A DNA stretch of 64,000 nt, from positions 52,056 through 116,055 of the forward strand of contig JBKBHS010000004.1 in the NCBI GenBank assembly GCA_046299555.1. Reading direction: 5' to 3'. This document shows, piece by piece, positions 1-10,500 of the stretch (its first letter is position 1; each line of letters opens with the position of its first letter). The notes beneath the pieces were generated by a model. That model had not been told where the DNA came from, did not search any database, and saw only the letters and a list, made by a program, of their open reading frames with translations. The position numbers were made by a program, and so were the translations under genes. This DNA comes from Bacteroidia bacterium (GTDB lineage: Bacteria > Bacteroidota > Bacteroidia > JACCXN01).

Positions 1-205
1 CTGAAGTAACAATACATCTAAATAATTGAGAATTATTTAAAGCGCTAACATTAGAAACTGTAAGCGTATTGGTTGTAACACCACTATATTGACCGGCATT
101 GCTTAAGTTCTGAAATCCAAAACCAACATCTGTTTGCCATTGTATTGTTGCGTTTGTGTCATTTATAACAACTTTGAATTGTACATTATATTTTTTTACT
201 GTCAA
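1..205 (-). CDS. Partial ORF encoding an Ig-like module typical of T9SS cargo proteins; runs off the window start, may be 5'-truncated
   Basis: Hand translation of the minus strand: (TTG)TVKKYNVQFKVVINDTNATIQWQTDVGFGFQNLSNAGQYSGVTTNTLTVSNVSALNNSQLFRCIVTS. No ATG or signal peptide before the upstream in-frame TAA. Not in the ORF track. Confidence 0.55.
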   Translation of the reverse strand, partial: MTVKKYNVQFKVVINDTNATIQWQTDVGFGFQNLSNAGQYSGVTTNTLTVSNVSALNNSQLFRCIVTS

Positions 206-224
206 ATTGTCTAAAAAAATAATA

Positions 225-269
225 TTTTAACCTACCCCCCCCCTTTTTTAGGGGGGGGGTAGGTTAAAA
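225..269. repeat. Perfect 19-bp inverted repeat with C9/G9 arms and a 7-nt loop
   Basis: TTTTAACCTA-C9 (225-243), loop TTTTTTA, G9-TAGGTTAAAA (251-269). Confidence 0.9.
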
Positions 270-307
270 AAATATAAAAATTTTTAAAAAAGGTACTAAA
301 AAACGAG

Positions 308-315
308 TACCTTTG
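308..315 (+). promoter_or_regulatory. Bacteroidota housekeeping promoter -7 element upstream of glnA
   Basis: TACCTTTG matches TAnnTTTG, 25 nt before the ATG at 341. Confidence 0.6.
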
Positions 316-340
316 CAGCTGAAAACAAAAAAAACTCTTT

Positions 341-2527
341 ATGGCAATCATTCGTTTTACTGCTTTAACTGAAACATTAAATAGAAAACCTTTAAATGTT
401 GAACTTCCTGCCGAAAAAATTTCGGAGATTTATGCAACTAATGTTTTTGGCAAAACAGCCATGAAACAATACCTTTCATCAGAAGCCTATGAAAGTGTAA
501 TAGGAGCTATGGAAAAAGGTACGCAAATAGACCGCAAAATTGCCGATCAGGTAGCAAGTGCAATGCGTGCATGGGCATCTGAAAAGGGAGCAACACATTA
601 TACACATTGGTTTCAACCATTAACAGGTGCTACTGCCGAAAAACACGATGCATTTTTTGAACCATTAGACGAAAGTCGTGCCATTGAAAAATTTGGCGGC
701 AGCCAACTGGTACAACAAGAACCCGATGCCTCAAGTTTTCCTAATGGTGGTATTAGAAATACTTTTGAAGCAAGAGGATATACAGCATGGGATCCTACTT
801 CACCGGCATTTGTTATTGGTAAAACCCTTTGTATTCCTACCATTTTTATTTCTTACACCGGTGAAGCTTTAGATTACAAAACTCCTTTGATAAAAGCACT
901 ACATGCAGTTGATAAAGCAGCTGTAGAAGTATGCCAATATTTTGATAAAAACGTAACTAAAGTAAATGCTACTTTAGGTTGGGAACAAGAATATTTTTTG
1001 GTAGATAGTGCTTTATTTAATGCACGTCCGGATTTATTAATGGCAGGAAGAACTGTTTTTGGTCATATACCGGCTAAAGGACAACAACTAGAAGACCACT
1101 ATTTCGGTTCAATCCCAGATAGAGTTGCTGCATTTATGCGTGAATTTGAAATAGAAGCACATAAATTAGGAATACCAATAAAAACCCGTCATAACGAAGT
1201 AGCGCCTAACCAATACGAATGTGCACCGGTGTTTGAAGAAGCAAACTTAGCTGTTGATCACAATCAATTATTAATGGATTTGATGGAAAAAACAGCTATT
1301 AAACATAACTTTAGAATTTTATTCCACGAAAAACCATTTGCTGGAGTAAACGGCTCCGGAAAACATAATAATTGGTCATTAGCAACAAATACCGGAAAAA
1401 ATTTATTAAGTCCGGGCAAAACTCCTAAAACCAATCTGCAATTTTTAACCTTTTTTATAAATACCATTAAAGCAGTTCATGATCATGCTGATTTATTAAG
1501 AGCCAGCATAGCTTCGGCCAGCAACGATCATCGTTTAGGAGCCAATGAAGCGCCACCGGCTATTATGTCAATTTTTATTGGAAGCCAATTAACAGCTGTA
1601 TTAGACGAGTTAGTTGCCAAAGTAAAAAAAGGTAAAATGACTCCAGATGAAAAAACAGCATTAAAATTAAATATTGGAAAAATTCCTGAAATATTATTAG
1701 ATAATACCGATAGAAACAGAACATCTCCATTTGCATTTACCGGAAATAAATTTGAGTTTAGAGCCGTTGGATCATCAGCAAATTGTGCCTCCGCAATGAT
1801 TGTAATTAATTCAATTGTAGCTAATCAGTTAACCATTTTTAAAAAAGAAGTTGACGCTTTAATAGCTAAAGGAGTTGATAAAGACGAAGCAATACTTCAG
1901 ATATTAAAAGGCTATATTATTGAATCGAAAAAAATATTGTTTGAAGGCAATGGTTATAGCGAAGAATGGGTAAAAGAAGCTGCTAAAAGAGGTTTAAAAA
2001 ATATAAAAACAACTCCTGATGCACTTGATGCACTTATAGATAAGAAAACCATAAAGTTATTTGAAGATTTGAATGTAATGAGCCACAGAGAACAAGAAGC
2101 TCGCTACGAAATTTATTTAGAAACATATACCAAAAAAATTCAAATCGAATCAAGAGTTATTGGCGATTTAGCCATGAACAGTATTTTACCTACAGCACTT
2201 ACCTATCAAAATAAGCTAATACAAAGTGTTGCAGGATTAAAAGAAATAGCAGGGGCATCATTTAAAACACTAAGTGCACCGCACATGGAAATTATTACAG
2301 AAATTTCAGAAAGAGTTGCTACCATTAAGAAAAATGTAGAATTAATGATTGAAGAGCGTAAAAAAGCCAATAAAATTGAAGACGCTAAAAAGAAAGCCGT
2401 TGCATATTGTGAAAAAGTTAAGCCATATTTCGATGTAATACGATATAATGTGGATAAATTAGAATTATTAATAGATGACGAAATGTGGCCATTACCTAAA
2501 TATCGTGAATTGTTGTATATCAAATAA
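341..2527 (+). CDS. glnA: Glutamine synthetase type III
   Basis: 728 aa; GATHYTHWFQPLTG, EPDASSFPNGG, HEKPFAGVNGSGKHNNWS, DRNRTSPFAFTGNKFEFRAVGS, WPLPKYRELL are GSIII motifs. Confidence 0.97.
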   Translation: MAIIRFTALTETLNRKPLNVELPAEKISEIYATNVFGKTAMKQYLSSEAYESVIGAMEKGTQIDRKIADQVASAMRAWASEKGATHYTHWFQPLTGATAEKHDAFFEPLDESRAIEKFGGSQLVQQEPDASSFPNGGIRNTFEARGYTAWDPTSPAFVIGKTLCIPTIFISYTGEALDYKTPLIKALHAVDKAAVEVCQYFDKNVTKVNATLGWEQEYFLVDSALFNARPDLLMAGRTVFGHIPAKGQQLEDHYFGSIPDRVAAFMREFEIEAHKLGIPIKTRHNEVAPNQYECAPVFEEANLAVDHNQLLMDLMEKTAIKHNFRILFHEKPFAGVNGSGKHNNWSLATNTGKNLLSPGKTPKTNLQFLTFFINTIKAVHDHADLLRASIASASNDHRLGANEAPPAIMSIFIGSQLTAVLDELVAKVKKGKMTPDEKTALKLNIGKIPEILLDNTDRNRTSPFAFTGNKFEFRAVGSSANCASAMIVINSIVANQLTIFKKEVDALIAKGVDKDEAILQILKGYIIESKKILFEGNGYSEEWVKEAAKRGLKNIKTTPDALDALIDKKTIKLFEDLNVMSHREQEARYEIYLETYTKKIQIESRVIGDLAMNSILPTALTYQNKLIQSVAGLKEIAGASFKTLSAPHMEIITEISERVATIKKNVELMIEERKKANKIEDAKKKAVAYCEKVKPYFDVIRYNVDKLELLIDDEMWPLPKYRELLYIK

Positions 2528-2538
2528 TTATAAAATCC

Positions 2539-2573
2539 AAAGCCCCCTAATTTTTTAGGGGGCTTTGATTTTT
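2539..2573 (+). terminator. Intrinsic terminator after glnA
   Basis: AAAGCCCCCTAA-tttt-TTAGGGGGCTTT followed by GATTTTT. Confidence 0.8.
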
Positions 2574-2644
2574 AGTAACAAAGACTTATAAAAACCTTTT
2601 TGCAATTTAAAATATTTGGTTATTTTAGCACCCATTAATTAAAA

Positions 2645-4681
2645 ATGTTAAAACTCATGAGGGTATCTAAACTCACTTTAATTTTTGTAGCTTTAATAGC
2701 TCTACCACTACAAATTTTAGCTCAAAAAAACTTTGCAAAAGATGCAGACATGGCTTTTGCAGGTGAAAATTATTTTACAGCCATTGAGCTATATAAAAAA
2801 GCATACGCAAAAGAAAAAAGCAAAGCTAAAAAGGCTGAAATTCTATTCAAAATCGGGGAATGTTACAGATACACCCTTGATCACAAGCAAGCTGAAACCT
2901 GGTATAAAAAAGCTATTAAAGCAAAATATGCCGACCCAATTGCAACCCTTTACATTGCAGATGCTTTAAAATTGCAAGGTCGCTACGAAGAAGCCATTGT
3001 TGAATATAATAATTATAAAAATCTTGTACCCGGTGATAAAAGAGGAGAAGATGGTGTTAAGTCATGCGAAATGGCTAAAGAATGGGTAAAAGAACCAACC
3101 CGATATGAAGTTGCACCCGAAACTCAATTAAACTCTAAACAATTTGATTTCAGTCCAACCTATGCAGATAAAAAATACAATACTTTGTATTTTACTTCAT
3201 CCAGAGAAGGCTCAACCGGTAAAACCGTAGATGGTAGAATTGGCGAAAACTTTTCGGATATATACGAATCAAAACGCGATAAAAACGGAAAATGGAGCAC
3301 TCCGGCAATTTTAGCAGGTGATGTAAATACTCCGGCTAACGAAGGTGCTTCAGCCGTAAATAAAAAAGGCAACACCATGTATTTTACCCGTTGTGAATAT
3401 GGAAAAAATAAAGTATTTGGCTGTGCTATCTATCAAGCTACCAAACAAGGTAATGCATGGACAAACGTTACACTTTTAGATTTAGGTCCTGATACAGCTA
3501 AAATTGGTCATCCCGCCATTAGTGATGATGAATCGATGTTGATATTTTCATCCGATATGCAAGGAGGCATGGGAGGCAAAGATTTATGGATGATTACCTA
3601 TGATAAAAAATCTAAAACATGGAGCAAACCTAAAAATTTAGGTTCGCCAATTAATACCGAAGGCGATGAAATGTTCCCTTTTATTCATAAAGACGGAACT
3701 TTATATTTTGCTTCAAATGGTCATTTAGGAATGGGAGGATTGGATATATTCCGTGCTGAAAAAACCGGTGAAGGAACATGGGCAAATGTAGCTAATATGC
3801 GTTACCCGATAAACTCACCTGCAGATGACTACGGAATTATTTTTGAAGGTGAAAAAGAAAGAGGTTTTTTTACCTCAAATAGAGAAGGCAGCATGGGAGG
3901 CGATGATATCTGGAGATTTAACTTACCTCCATTATTATTTGTATTACAAGGCGTAATTACCGATGTAGATACTAAAAAGCCAATACCTGATGCAACCATT
4001 AAATTAATTGGTTCTGACGGCTCAGTTGCAGAAGTTAAATCGGATGCAACAGGGTTTTACAAATTTGCTGAAAAAGGAAACGAACGTTATTTAAATCCAA
4101 ATACATCTTATTCAATCACCGTATCAGCTAAAGATTACTTGAATGGTAAAGGAAAAGAAACTACTGTAGGCTTAAAAGAATCAACCACCTTTGTAAAAGA
4201 TTTTGCATTACAAACTACCAAGAAAAAAGAAATCAGATTCCCTGAAGTATTGTACGACTTGGGTAAATACACCTTACGTCCTGAATCAGAAGACTCTTTA
4301 ATGTTCTTATATCAAACATTAATAGATAACCCAACCATAGTTATTGAATTAAGCGCTCATACCGACTCAAGAGGTTCAGAAAAATCAAATCAGATACTTT
4401 CGGAAAATCGTGCAAAATCGTGCGTTGATTTCTTAATCTCTAAAGGAATTGACCCTGAAAGACTTGTGCCTAAAGGATATGGAGAAACTCGTCTTTTAGT
4501 TACCGATGCTGAAATTGCTAAACTTAAAACAGTTGAAGAAAAAGAAGCTGCGCATCAGAAAAATCGTAGAACCGTATTTTCGGTAATTCGTTCTGATTAT
4601 GTGCCTAAAGGTGGATTACCTGTTGAACCTACACCAACAGCTCCTAAAAAGACTGAAGAAGAAGAAGATTCTGAAGAATAA
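2645..4681 (+). CDS. OmpA-family peptidoglycan-binding protein, PorE-like architecture (TPR, PD40/WD40-like propeller, carboxypeptidase-regulatory-like domain, OmpA C-terminal)
   Basis: Signal peptide, N-terminal TPRs, PD40-like repeats (LYFASNGHLGMGGLDIF), IELSAHTDSRGS, NQILSENRA, NRRTVF. Confidence 0.9.
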   Translation: MLKLMRVSKLTLIFVALIALPLQILAQKNFAKDADMAFAGENYFTAIELYKKAYAKEKSKAKKAEILFKIGECYRYTLDHKQAETWYKKAIKAKYADPIATLYIADALKLQGRYEEAIVEYNNYKNLVPGDKRGEDGVKSCEMAKEWVKEPTRYEVAPETQLNSKQFDFSPTYADKKYNTLYFTSSREGSTGKTVDGRIGENFSDIYESKRDKNGKWSTPAILAGDVNTPANEGASAVNKKGNTMYFTRCEYGKNKVFGCAIYQATKQGNAWTNVTLLDLGPDTAKIGHPAISDDESMLIFSSDMQGGMGGKDLWMITYDKKSKTWSKPKNLGSPINTEGDEMFPFIHKDGTLYFASNGHLGMGGLDIFRAEKTGEGTWANVANMRYPINSPADDYGIIFEGEKERGFFTSNREGSMGGDDIWRFNLPPLLFVLQGVITDVDTKKPIPDATIKLIGSDGSVAEVKSDATGFYKFAEKGNERYLNPNTSYSITVSAKDYLNGKGKETTVGLKESTTFVKDFALQTTKKKEIRFPEVLYDLGKYTLRPESEDSLMFLYQTLIDNPTIVIELSAHTDSRGSEKSNQILSENRAKSCVDFLISKGIDPERLVPKGYGETRLLVTDAEIAKLKTVEEKEAAHQKNRRTVFSVIRSDYVPKGGLPVEPTPTAPKKTEEEEDSEE

Positions 4682-4704
4682 TTCAAATAAAATTTTAAAC
4701 TCAT

Positions 4705-4741
4705 AAAAAAAATATCCCGACATTTGTCGGGATATTTTTTT
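4705..4741 (+). terminator. Hairpin/intrinsic terminator with ATCCCGAC/GTCGGGAT core
   Basis: AAAAAAATATCCCGAC-attt-GTCGGGATATTTTTTT between the OmpA gene and purM. Confidence 0.75.
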
Positions 4742-4760
4742 ACCATTAGCTAATTAAATT

Positions 4761-5927
4761 ATGCAAAACAGCAGATACATTCTTAGAGGAGTTTCAGCAA
4801 CAAAAGACGAAGTTCACAGTGCAATAAAAAATATTGATAAAGGTTTATTCCCAAAGGCATTCTGTAAAATTGTTCCGGATTTTTTAAGCGGTAGTGAAGA
4901 ACATTGTATTGTTATGCATGCAGATGGAGCCGGCACAAAATCATCGCTTGCGTATGCTTATTGGAAAGAAACCGGAGATATATCAGTTTGGAAAGGTATT
5001 GCACAAGATGCCGTTGTAATGAATACCGATGATTTACTCTGCGTTGGCGCAACCGACAATATTTTACTTTCATCAACCATAGGTAGGAATAAAAATTTAA
5101 TTCCGGGAGAAGTTATATCAGCCATCATAAATGGAACAGAAGAAATATTGCAAATGCTTAGAAATAATGGAATTGGAATTTACTCAACCGGTGGCGAAAC
5201 AGCTGATGTAGGCGATTTGGTTAAAACCATTATTGTTGATTCTACCGTTGTATGCAGGATGAAACGCAGTGATGTAATTGATAATAAAAATATTCAGTCA
5301 GGAGATGTAATTGTTGGTTTAGCTTCTTTCGGCCAAGCAACTTATGAAAATGAATACAATGGTGGTATGGGCAGTAATGGATTAACTTCTGCTCGACATG
5401 ATGTATTTGCAAAATACCTGGCCGAAAAATACCCGGAAACGTATGATAATTCTTTGCCCAAAGATTTGATTTATACAGGAAAAATGACATTAACCGATAA
5501 AGTTGAAGGAGTACCTGTAAATGCCGGGAAATTGGTGCTTTCGCCTACACGAACATACGCTCCCATAATAAAAGAAGTGCTAAAAAAATACCGTTCGCAA
5601 ATACATGGCATGGTTCATTGCAGTGGAGGTGGACAAACCAAAGTATTGCATTTTATTGATAATGTTCATGTAATAAAAGACAATCTATTTGAATTACCTC
5701 CATTATTCAAATTAATACACGAACAATCCGGTACACACTGGAAAGAAATGTATCAGGTATTTAATATGGGGCATAGAATGGAATTATATGTACCTTCTGC
5801 TATTGCTCAGGATATAATTGCAATTTCTCAAAAGTTTAATGTAGATGCAAAAGTTATTGGCAGGGTAGAAAACTCAACTGAAAAGAAACTTACGATTAGC
5901 TCAGAATTTGGAGAGTTTATTTATTAA
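4761..5927 (+). CDS. purM: Phosphoribosylformylglycinamidine cyclo-ligase (AIR synthase), Bacteroidota type
   Basis: MHADGAGTKS, AVVMNTDDLLCVGA, TGGETADVGD, GSNGLTSARHD, VFNMGHRME. Confidence 0.93.
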   Translation: MQNSRYILRGVSATKDEVHSAIKNIDKGLFPKAFCKIVPDFLSGSEEHCIVMHADGAGTKSSLAYAYWKETGDISVWKGIAQDAVVMNTDDLLCVGATDNILLSSTIGRNKNLIPGEVISAIINGTEEILQMLRNNGIGIYSTGGETADVGDLVKTIIVDSTVVCRMKRSDVIDNKNIQSGDVIVGLASFGQATYENEYNGGMGSNGLTSARHDVFAKYLAEKYPETYDNSLPKDLIYTGKMTLTDKVEGVPVNAGKLVLSPTRTYAPIIKEVLKKYRSQIHGMVHCSGGGQTKVLHFIDNVHVIKDNLFELPPLFKLIHEQSGTHWKEMYQVFNMGHRMELYVPSAIAQDIIAISQKFNVDAKVIGRVENSTEKKLTISSEFGEFIY

Positions 5928-6193
5928 GAATTAGTATCCTGCTTTTTTTCTATAGTATTGGGAGGGTTTTGAATAGTATTCTCCAAATCCATGGCATGTC
6001 TTTCAGCATCATTAATAGATTGGTTTATTTCGCGCTGAATAGCTCCGGTAGCGTTTTTAAATTCGCGTATTCCTTTTCCTAATCCACGAGCAATACCGGG
6101 AATACTTTTAGCTCCAAAAAATAGTATAAAAACAAGTAATATTAATACTACTTCGCCTCCTCCAAGTCCCAGTATAAATGCAATGGTTGTCAT
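5924..6193 (-). CDS. tatA: Twin-arginine translocase TatA/E subunit
   Basis: GLGGGEVVLILLVFILFFGAKSIPGIARGLGKGIREFK. The sequence places it on the minus strand (CAT at 6191-6193, TTA at 5924-5926) although the track labels it +. TATCTTTG promoter at 6212-6219 on the minus strand. Confidence 0.93.
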   Translation of the reverse strand: MTTIAFILGLGGGEVVLILLVFILFFGAKSIPGIARGLGKGIREFKNATGAIQREINQSINDAERHAMDLENTIQNPPNTIEKKQDTNS

Positions 6194-6300
6194 ATTTTTC
6201 TAATTACAATACAAAGATAGCTAATTGTTTTTATTTGTTTTTTTTAATTATCTAATTAGTTTTAAGAAGTTAAATGTTTTATTTAAAGTATTCAAAAAAT

Positions 6301-7446
6301 ATGAGAAAACCGTTTTATTATTTATTAATTACAAACATTTTATTGTCGTCATGTGCATCGAATCTTAAAAATGATGATGTAAGTAATATGGGAGAAATTT
6401 CAAATTACCTAAGTGAAATTTCCGAAAACAAAAAAATCTCTTTTCAAATTACATTAAATAAGCCCTTACCATCAATAAAAAACGCTAATCAAGTCTATAC
6501 GTTTGATAATTCTTTAAAAGATGATGTTGCGTATTTTTATGAATTAAATCATCACGATGTTATTAAAGTAAATATTCAAACAGGTCAAAACATTGGCAAT
6601 ATCAGTTTTTCTAATTTACCAGAAAATGCTATTCTTAAATATGTTTATTTAGACGATGATTTGAATATTTGGTATGCTGATACAATGCTCTACGTATATA
6701 ATAATCAAGGGGAGTTTATAAAAAACATTCACTTATCCTTAAATCATCTTGGGAAAGATTATGTTATAAATTCTCACCATCATACCCCCATTCAATATTT
6801 TAAAAATAGCAATACTTTAATTATTCCAATTAATTGTATTAGTGAATATGAGGCTAACGAAGCACATGCATTACCGCAATTTGCTGCCTATAATTTAATA
6901 TCAGAGGAATTAGCGTTCTTACCCATTTATCTTCCTAATAATTATCCTGCCGATAAAAATTTGGGCGATTTATCATCACCTTATACTGCAAAAGAAGACA
7001 ATACTTTTTATGCTATTTTCCCTTTAAGCAATCAACTTTATGCGTATGATGTTATAAGTAAATCACTACAAATAATTCCGCTGCAATTGCCCGTAGCATT
7101 AACCAATGCTAATATGCTGGAGGAACCAACTACTTTAACCAACATGGCCAATTTGAAGTATTATACCAATCATTTAGCAGGTATGGCGGTAATAAATGGT
7201 AAAATTTTTATTCAGCAAACCGATGTTTTTAATCAAGAATTGGCCTCAAAAAAATATATTGATAATACAGTTTTATATGTGTTTAATGAACAAGGTCAAT
7301 TATTATCAAGTAATGCATTTCAGGCAGAAATTTTTGATGAAATTGGAGTATTTGAATTAAATTTTGCCAATAATGATAATTTAGTTTTTACCTCTTTTAA
7401 TCGAAATAACGATAAGAAAATTATTCAACTAAAGCCTCAACTATAA
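6301..7446 (+). CDS. Predicted lipoprotein of unknown function, possibly beta-propeller
   Basis: MRKPFYYLLITNILLSSC lipobox from the ATG at 6301 (track starts at 6274, same frame). Confidence 0.7.
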   Translation: MRKPFYYLLITNILLSSCASNLKNDDVSNMGEISNYLSEISENKKISFQITLNKPLPSIKNANQVYTFDNSLKDDVAYFYELNHHDVIKVNIQTGQNIGNISFSNLPENAILKYVYLDDDLNIWYADTMLYVYNNQGEFIKNIHLSLNHLGKDYVINSHHHTPIQYFKNSNTLIIPINCISEYEANEAHALPQFAAYNLISEELAFLPIYLPNNYPADKNLGDLSSPYTAKEDNTFYAIFPLSNQLYAYDVISKSLQIIPLQLPVALTNANMLEEPTTLTNMANLKYYTNHLAGMAVINGKIFIQQTDVFNQELASKKYIDNTVLYVFNEQGQLLSSNAFQAEIFDEIGVFELNFANNDNLVFTSFNRNNDKKIIQLKPQL

Positions 7447-7462
7447 ATTTTCTATTCAAAAA

Positions 7463-7491
7463 AAAAAAACCGGCTTATGGCCGGTTTTTTT
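7463..7491. terminator. Bidirectional terminator between convergent genes
   Basis: A-run-CCGGC-ttatg-GCCGG-T7. Confidence 0.8.
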
Positions 7492-7510
7492 ATTATGATT
7501 AATTATAATA

Positions 7511-10500
7511 TTAGGCTTTCTTTTCCTCTTTCTTTTCTTTCATAAAATCAACTACTATAGGAGTAGCAATGCATAATGAAGAGTAAGTACCTACCACAAT
7601 ACCAACTAATAATGCAAAAGAGAATCCTCTGATTACTTCACCACCAAATAAGAAGATAGCTAATAATACCACAAATATGGTGATAGAGGTATTGAATGTA
7701 CGACTTAAAGTACTATTTAAGGCATCGTTTATAACTTCTTTTACTTCTTTTCTGTTAGTTACCATACCTAAGTATTCACGAATACGGTCGAATACCACCA
7801 CCGTATCGTTAATAGAGTAACCAATTACAGTAAGTATGGCTGCTATAAACGCTTGGTCAATTTCCATCGAGAATGGCAGGATATTGTAGAATATTGAAAA
7901 CACACTTAAAATAATCATTACGTCATGGAAAAGTGCAATTAAAGCACCCAAACCAAACTGCCAACGCTTGAATCGAATAACGATGTAAAGGAAGATTACA
8001 AATAATGAGAATAAAATAGCCCAAACTGCTGATGTTTTAATATCATCAGCAATGGTAGGACCAACTTTTTGAGAACTCATCACTTCGTATTTTACTCCCA
8101 TTTGAGTTAATCCCGAGTTTAGCGCTTCTTCTACTTTATTATCTGCGTCTTCAGAATTATCATCAATCATAAATTTGGTAGTAATTTTTACTTGATTGTC
8201 GCCACCAAATGTTTTTACTTCAGGAGCTTCGCCAAAAGCATTGGTTAAAGCGCTTCTAACATCTACTGTGCTAACATTATTTTCAAATCTTACAACATAT
8301 GAACGTCCACCTTTAAAATCAACACCAAGGTTAAATCCTTTAGTGAAGAATGAAACAATACCTGCTAAAATTATAACACCTGAAATGCTATAGTAAAGTT
8401 TACGTTTTCCTACAAAGTCAATGGATAAACCTTTAAATGCATTTTCAGTTATTTTGCTTGCAAAAGAGATGTTTTTGTTTTTATCGAGCAAGCTCATAAA
8501 AACAAGTCGAGTAATAAATATAGCTGCAAATAGCGAAGTTAAAATACCAATAACTAAAGTAGTAGCAAAACCTCTAATTGGTCCGGTACCAAATACATAT
8601 AATATAATACCGGTTAATAAGGATGTTACGTTAGCATCTATAATAGATGAATAGGCATTTTTATAACCATCTTCAATTGCAAGGCGCAAACCTTTTCCAT
8701 TACTTAATTCTTCACGAACGCGCTCGTAAATAAGTACGTTAGCATCTACCGACATACCAATAATTAAAACGATACCTGCAATTCCCGGTAAGGTTAATAC
8801 AGCGCCTAATGAGGCAAGTACACCCATTATAAAGAATACGTTTGCAAACAATGCAAGGTTAGCAACCCACCCGGCATGGCTATACCAAAATGCCATGTAT
8901 AATAATACAAGTACTAATGATAGTATAAATGAAATTAAACCTGCACGGATGGCTTCTTTACCTAACGATGGCCCAACAATAGCTTCTTCAACGATACGAG
9001 CCGGAGCCGGTAATTTACCTGCTTTAAGAATGTTGGCTAAATCTTTTGCTTCGTTAATGGTAAAGTTTCCGGTAATAGATGAGTTACCACCGCTAATTTC
9101 GCCCTGTACTGTGGGGAAAGAATACACATAATCGTCTAAAACAATGGCGATACTTTTACCAATATTTTCTTTAGTTAAAAGTTTCCATTTTTTAGCTCCT
9201 TCAGCATTCATGGTCATATTAACTTCAGGAGTTTTACCAAACTGTCCAAAATCCTGACGTGCATCTACAATTACATCGCCTTCTAATGGAGCTGAACCAT
9301 CGCGATTGGTAACTTTTATGGCTATTAATTGCACAAATTTGCCTTCTTGGTCATAAGGTTTTACTGTCCATAAAAATTTGATACGCGGAGGGAATAAAGC
9401 TTTTACACGCTTTTCAGCTAACATTTTATTTACCTTAGCCGTATCTTTAATAGCTACATAGCCAACTACAGGGCCTCTTCCGGGATAATAATTTCCGCCT
9501 TCTTGATAAATGGAAGGGCGCATTACTGCAAATAATGGGTTTTCTTTAGCAAATTTTTCAAAATCTTGATTGTTAGCTGTTGTTGAATCTGTCTTAGCTG
9601 AATCAGCTCCGGCTAATAAATCGCTTAAAGATTTTTCTTTAGTGGTATCTGCTTTTGTGGTGTCATTTTGGGCAAGAGCAATATTGGTAGAATCTTTATC
9701 TGTAGAAATTACTTTTAAGCTATCACCTTCTTGAATTTCTTTTAAAACGGTATTAGCTTTTTCTAATAAAGGATAAATTTCAGTATTTTCATAAGTTTCC
9801 CAAAACTCTAATTTAGCAGTACCTTGTAAAAGTTTTCTTACACGTTCTTTGTCTTTAACACCCGGTAATTCCACCAATATGCGTCCTGAATTTCCTAAAC
9901 GTTGAATATTGGGTTGTGAAACGCCAAATTTATCAATACGAGTTCTTAAAATATTAAATGAACGTTCAATAGCGCTTTCGGCTTCTTCTCTTATTACTGC
10001 TAAAACTTCTTCGTTGGTTGACTCAAAAGCGTTGATTTTATTGCTTAATTCTCTGGTTCCAAAAATAGCAGGAGAAGCTAACTTGGCATTAGGGTCAATC
10101 ATGGCAAAAGCCTTACCAAAAAGGGTAACAAAATCTTCCTGAGAATTTTTTTGCATTTCGAGTGCTTTTTCTATGGCCGCATTAAAAGTTGGATCGGTAG
10201 AATTATTAGCCATAGCGCGAATAAGATCTACCACCGATACTTCTAATGTTACGTTCATCCCTCCTTGTAAGTCAAGACCAAGATTAATTTCGCGGTCTTT
10301 ACATTCGCGGTAGGTGTAATTTTTTATTAAAATATTGTATACACCTTCTGATGAAATAGAGTCTAAATATCTTCTTTCTAATTCTTCATCGCCTTGTGCA
10401 TATTCTTTAGCTTGTTTTTCTACTCGAGCTGTAATCCAAGTAAACGATAATTGATACAAGCAAACAAGTGCGAATACAATGGCAAAAAATTTAATAGCAG

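Noticed and set aside
5924-6193. ORF track labels tatA as + strand
   Set aside because: The sequence has CAT at 6191-6193 and TTA at 5924-5926; the listed protein is only encoded on the minus strand.
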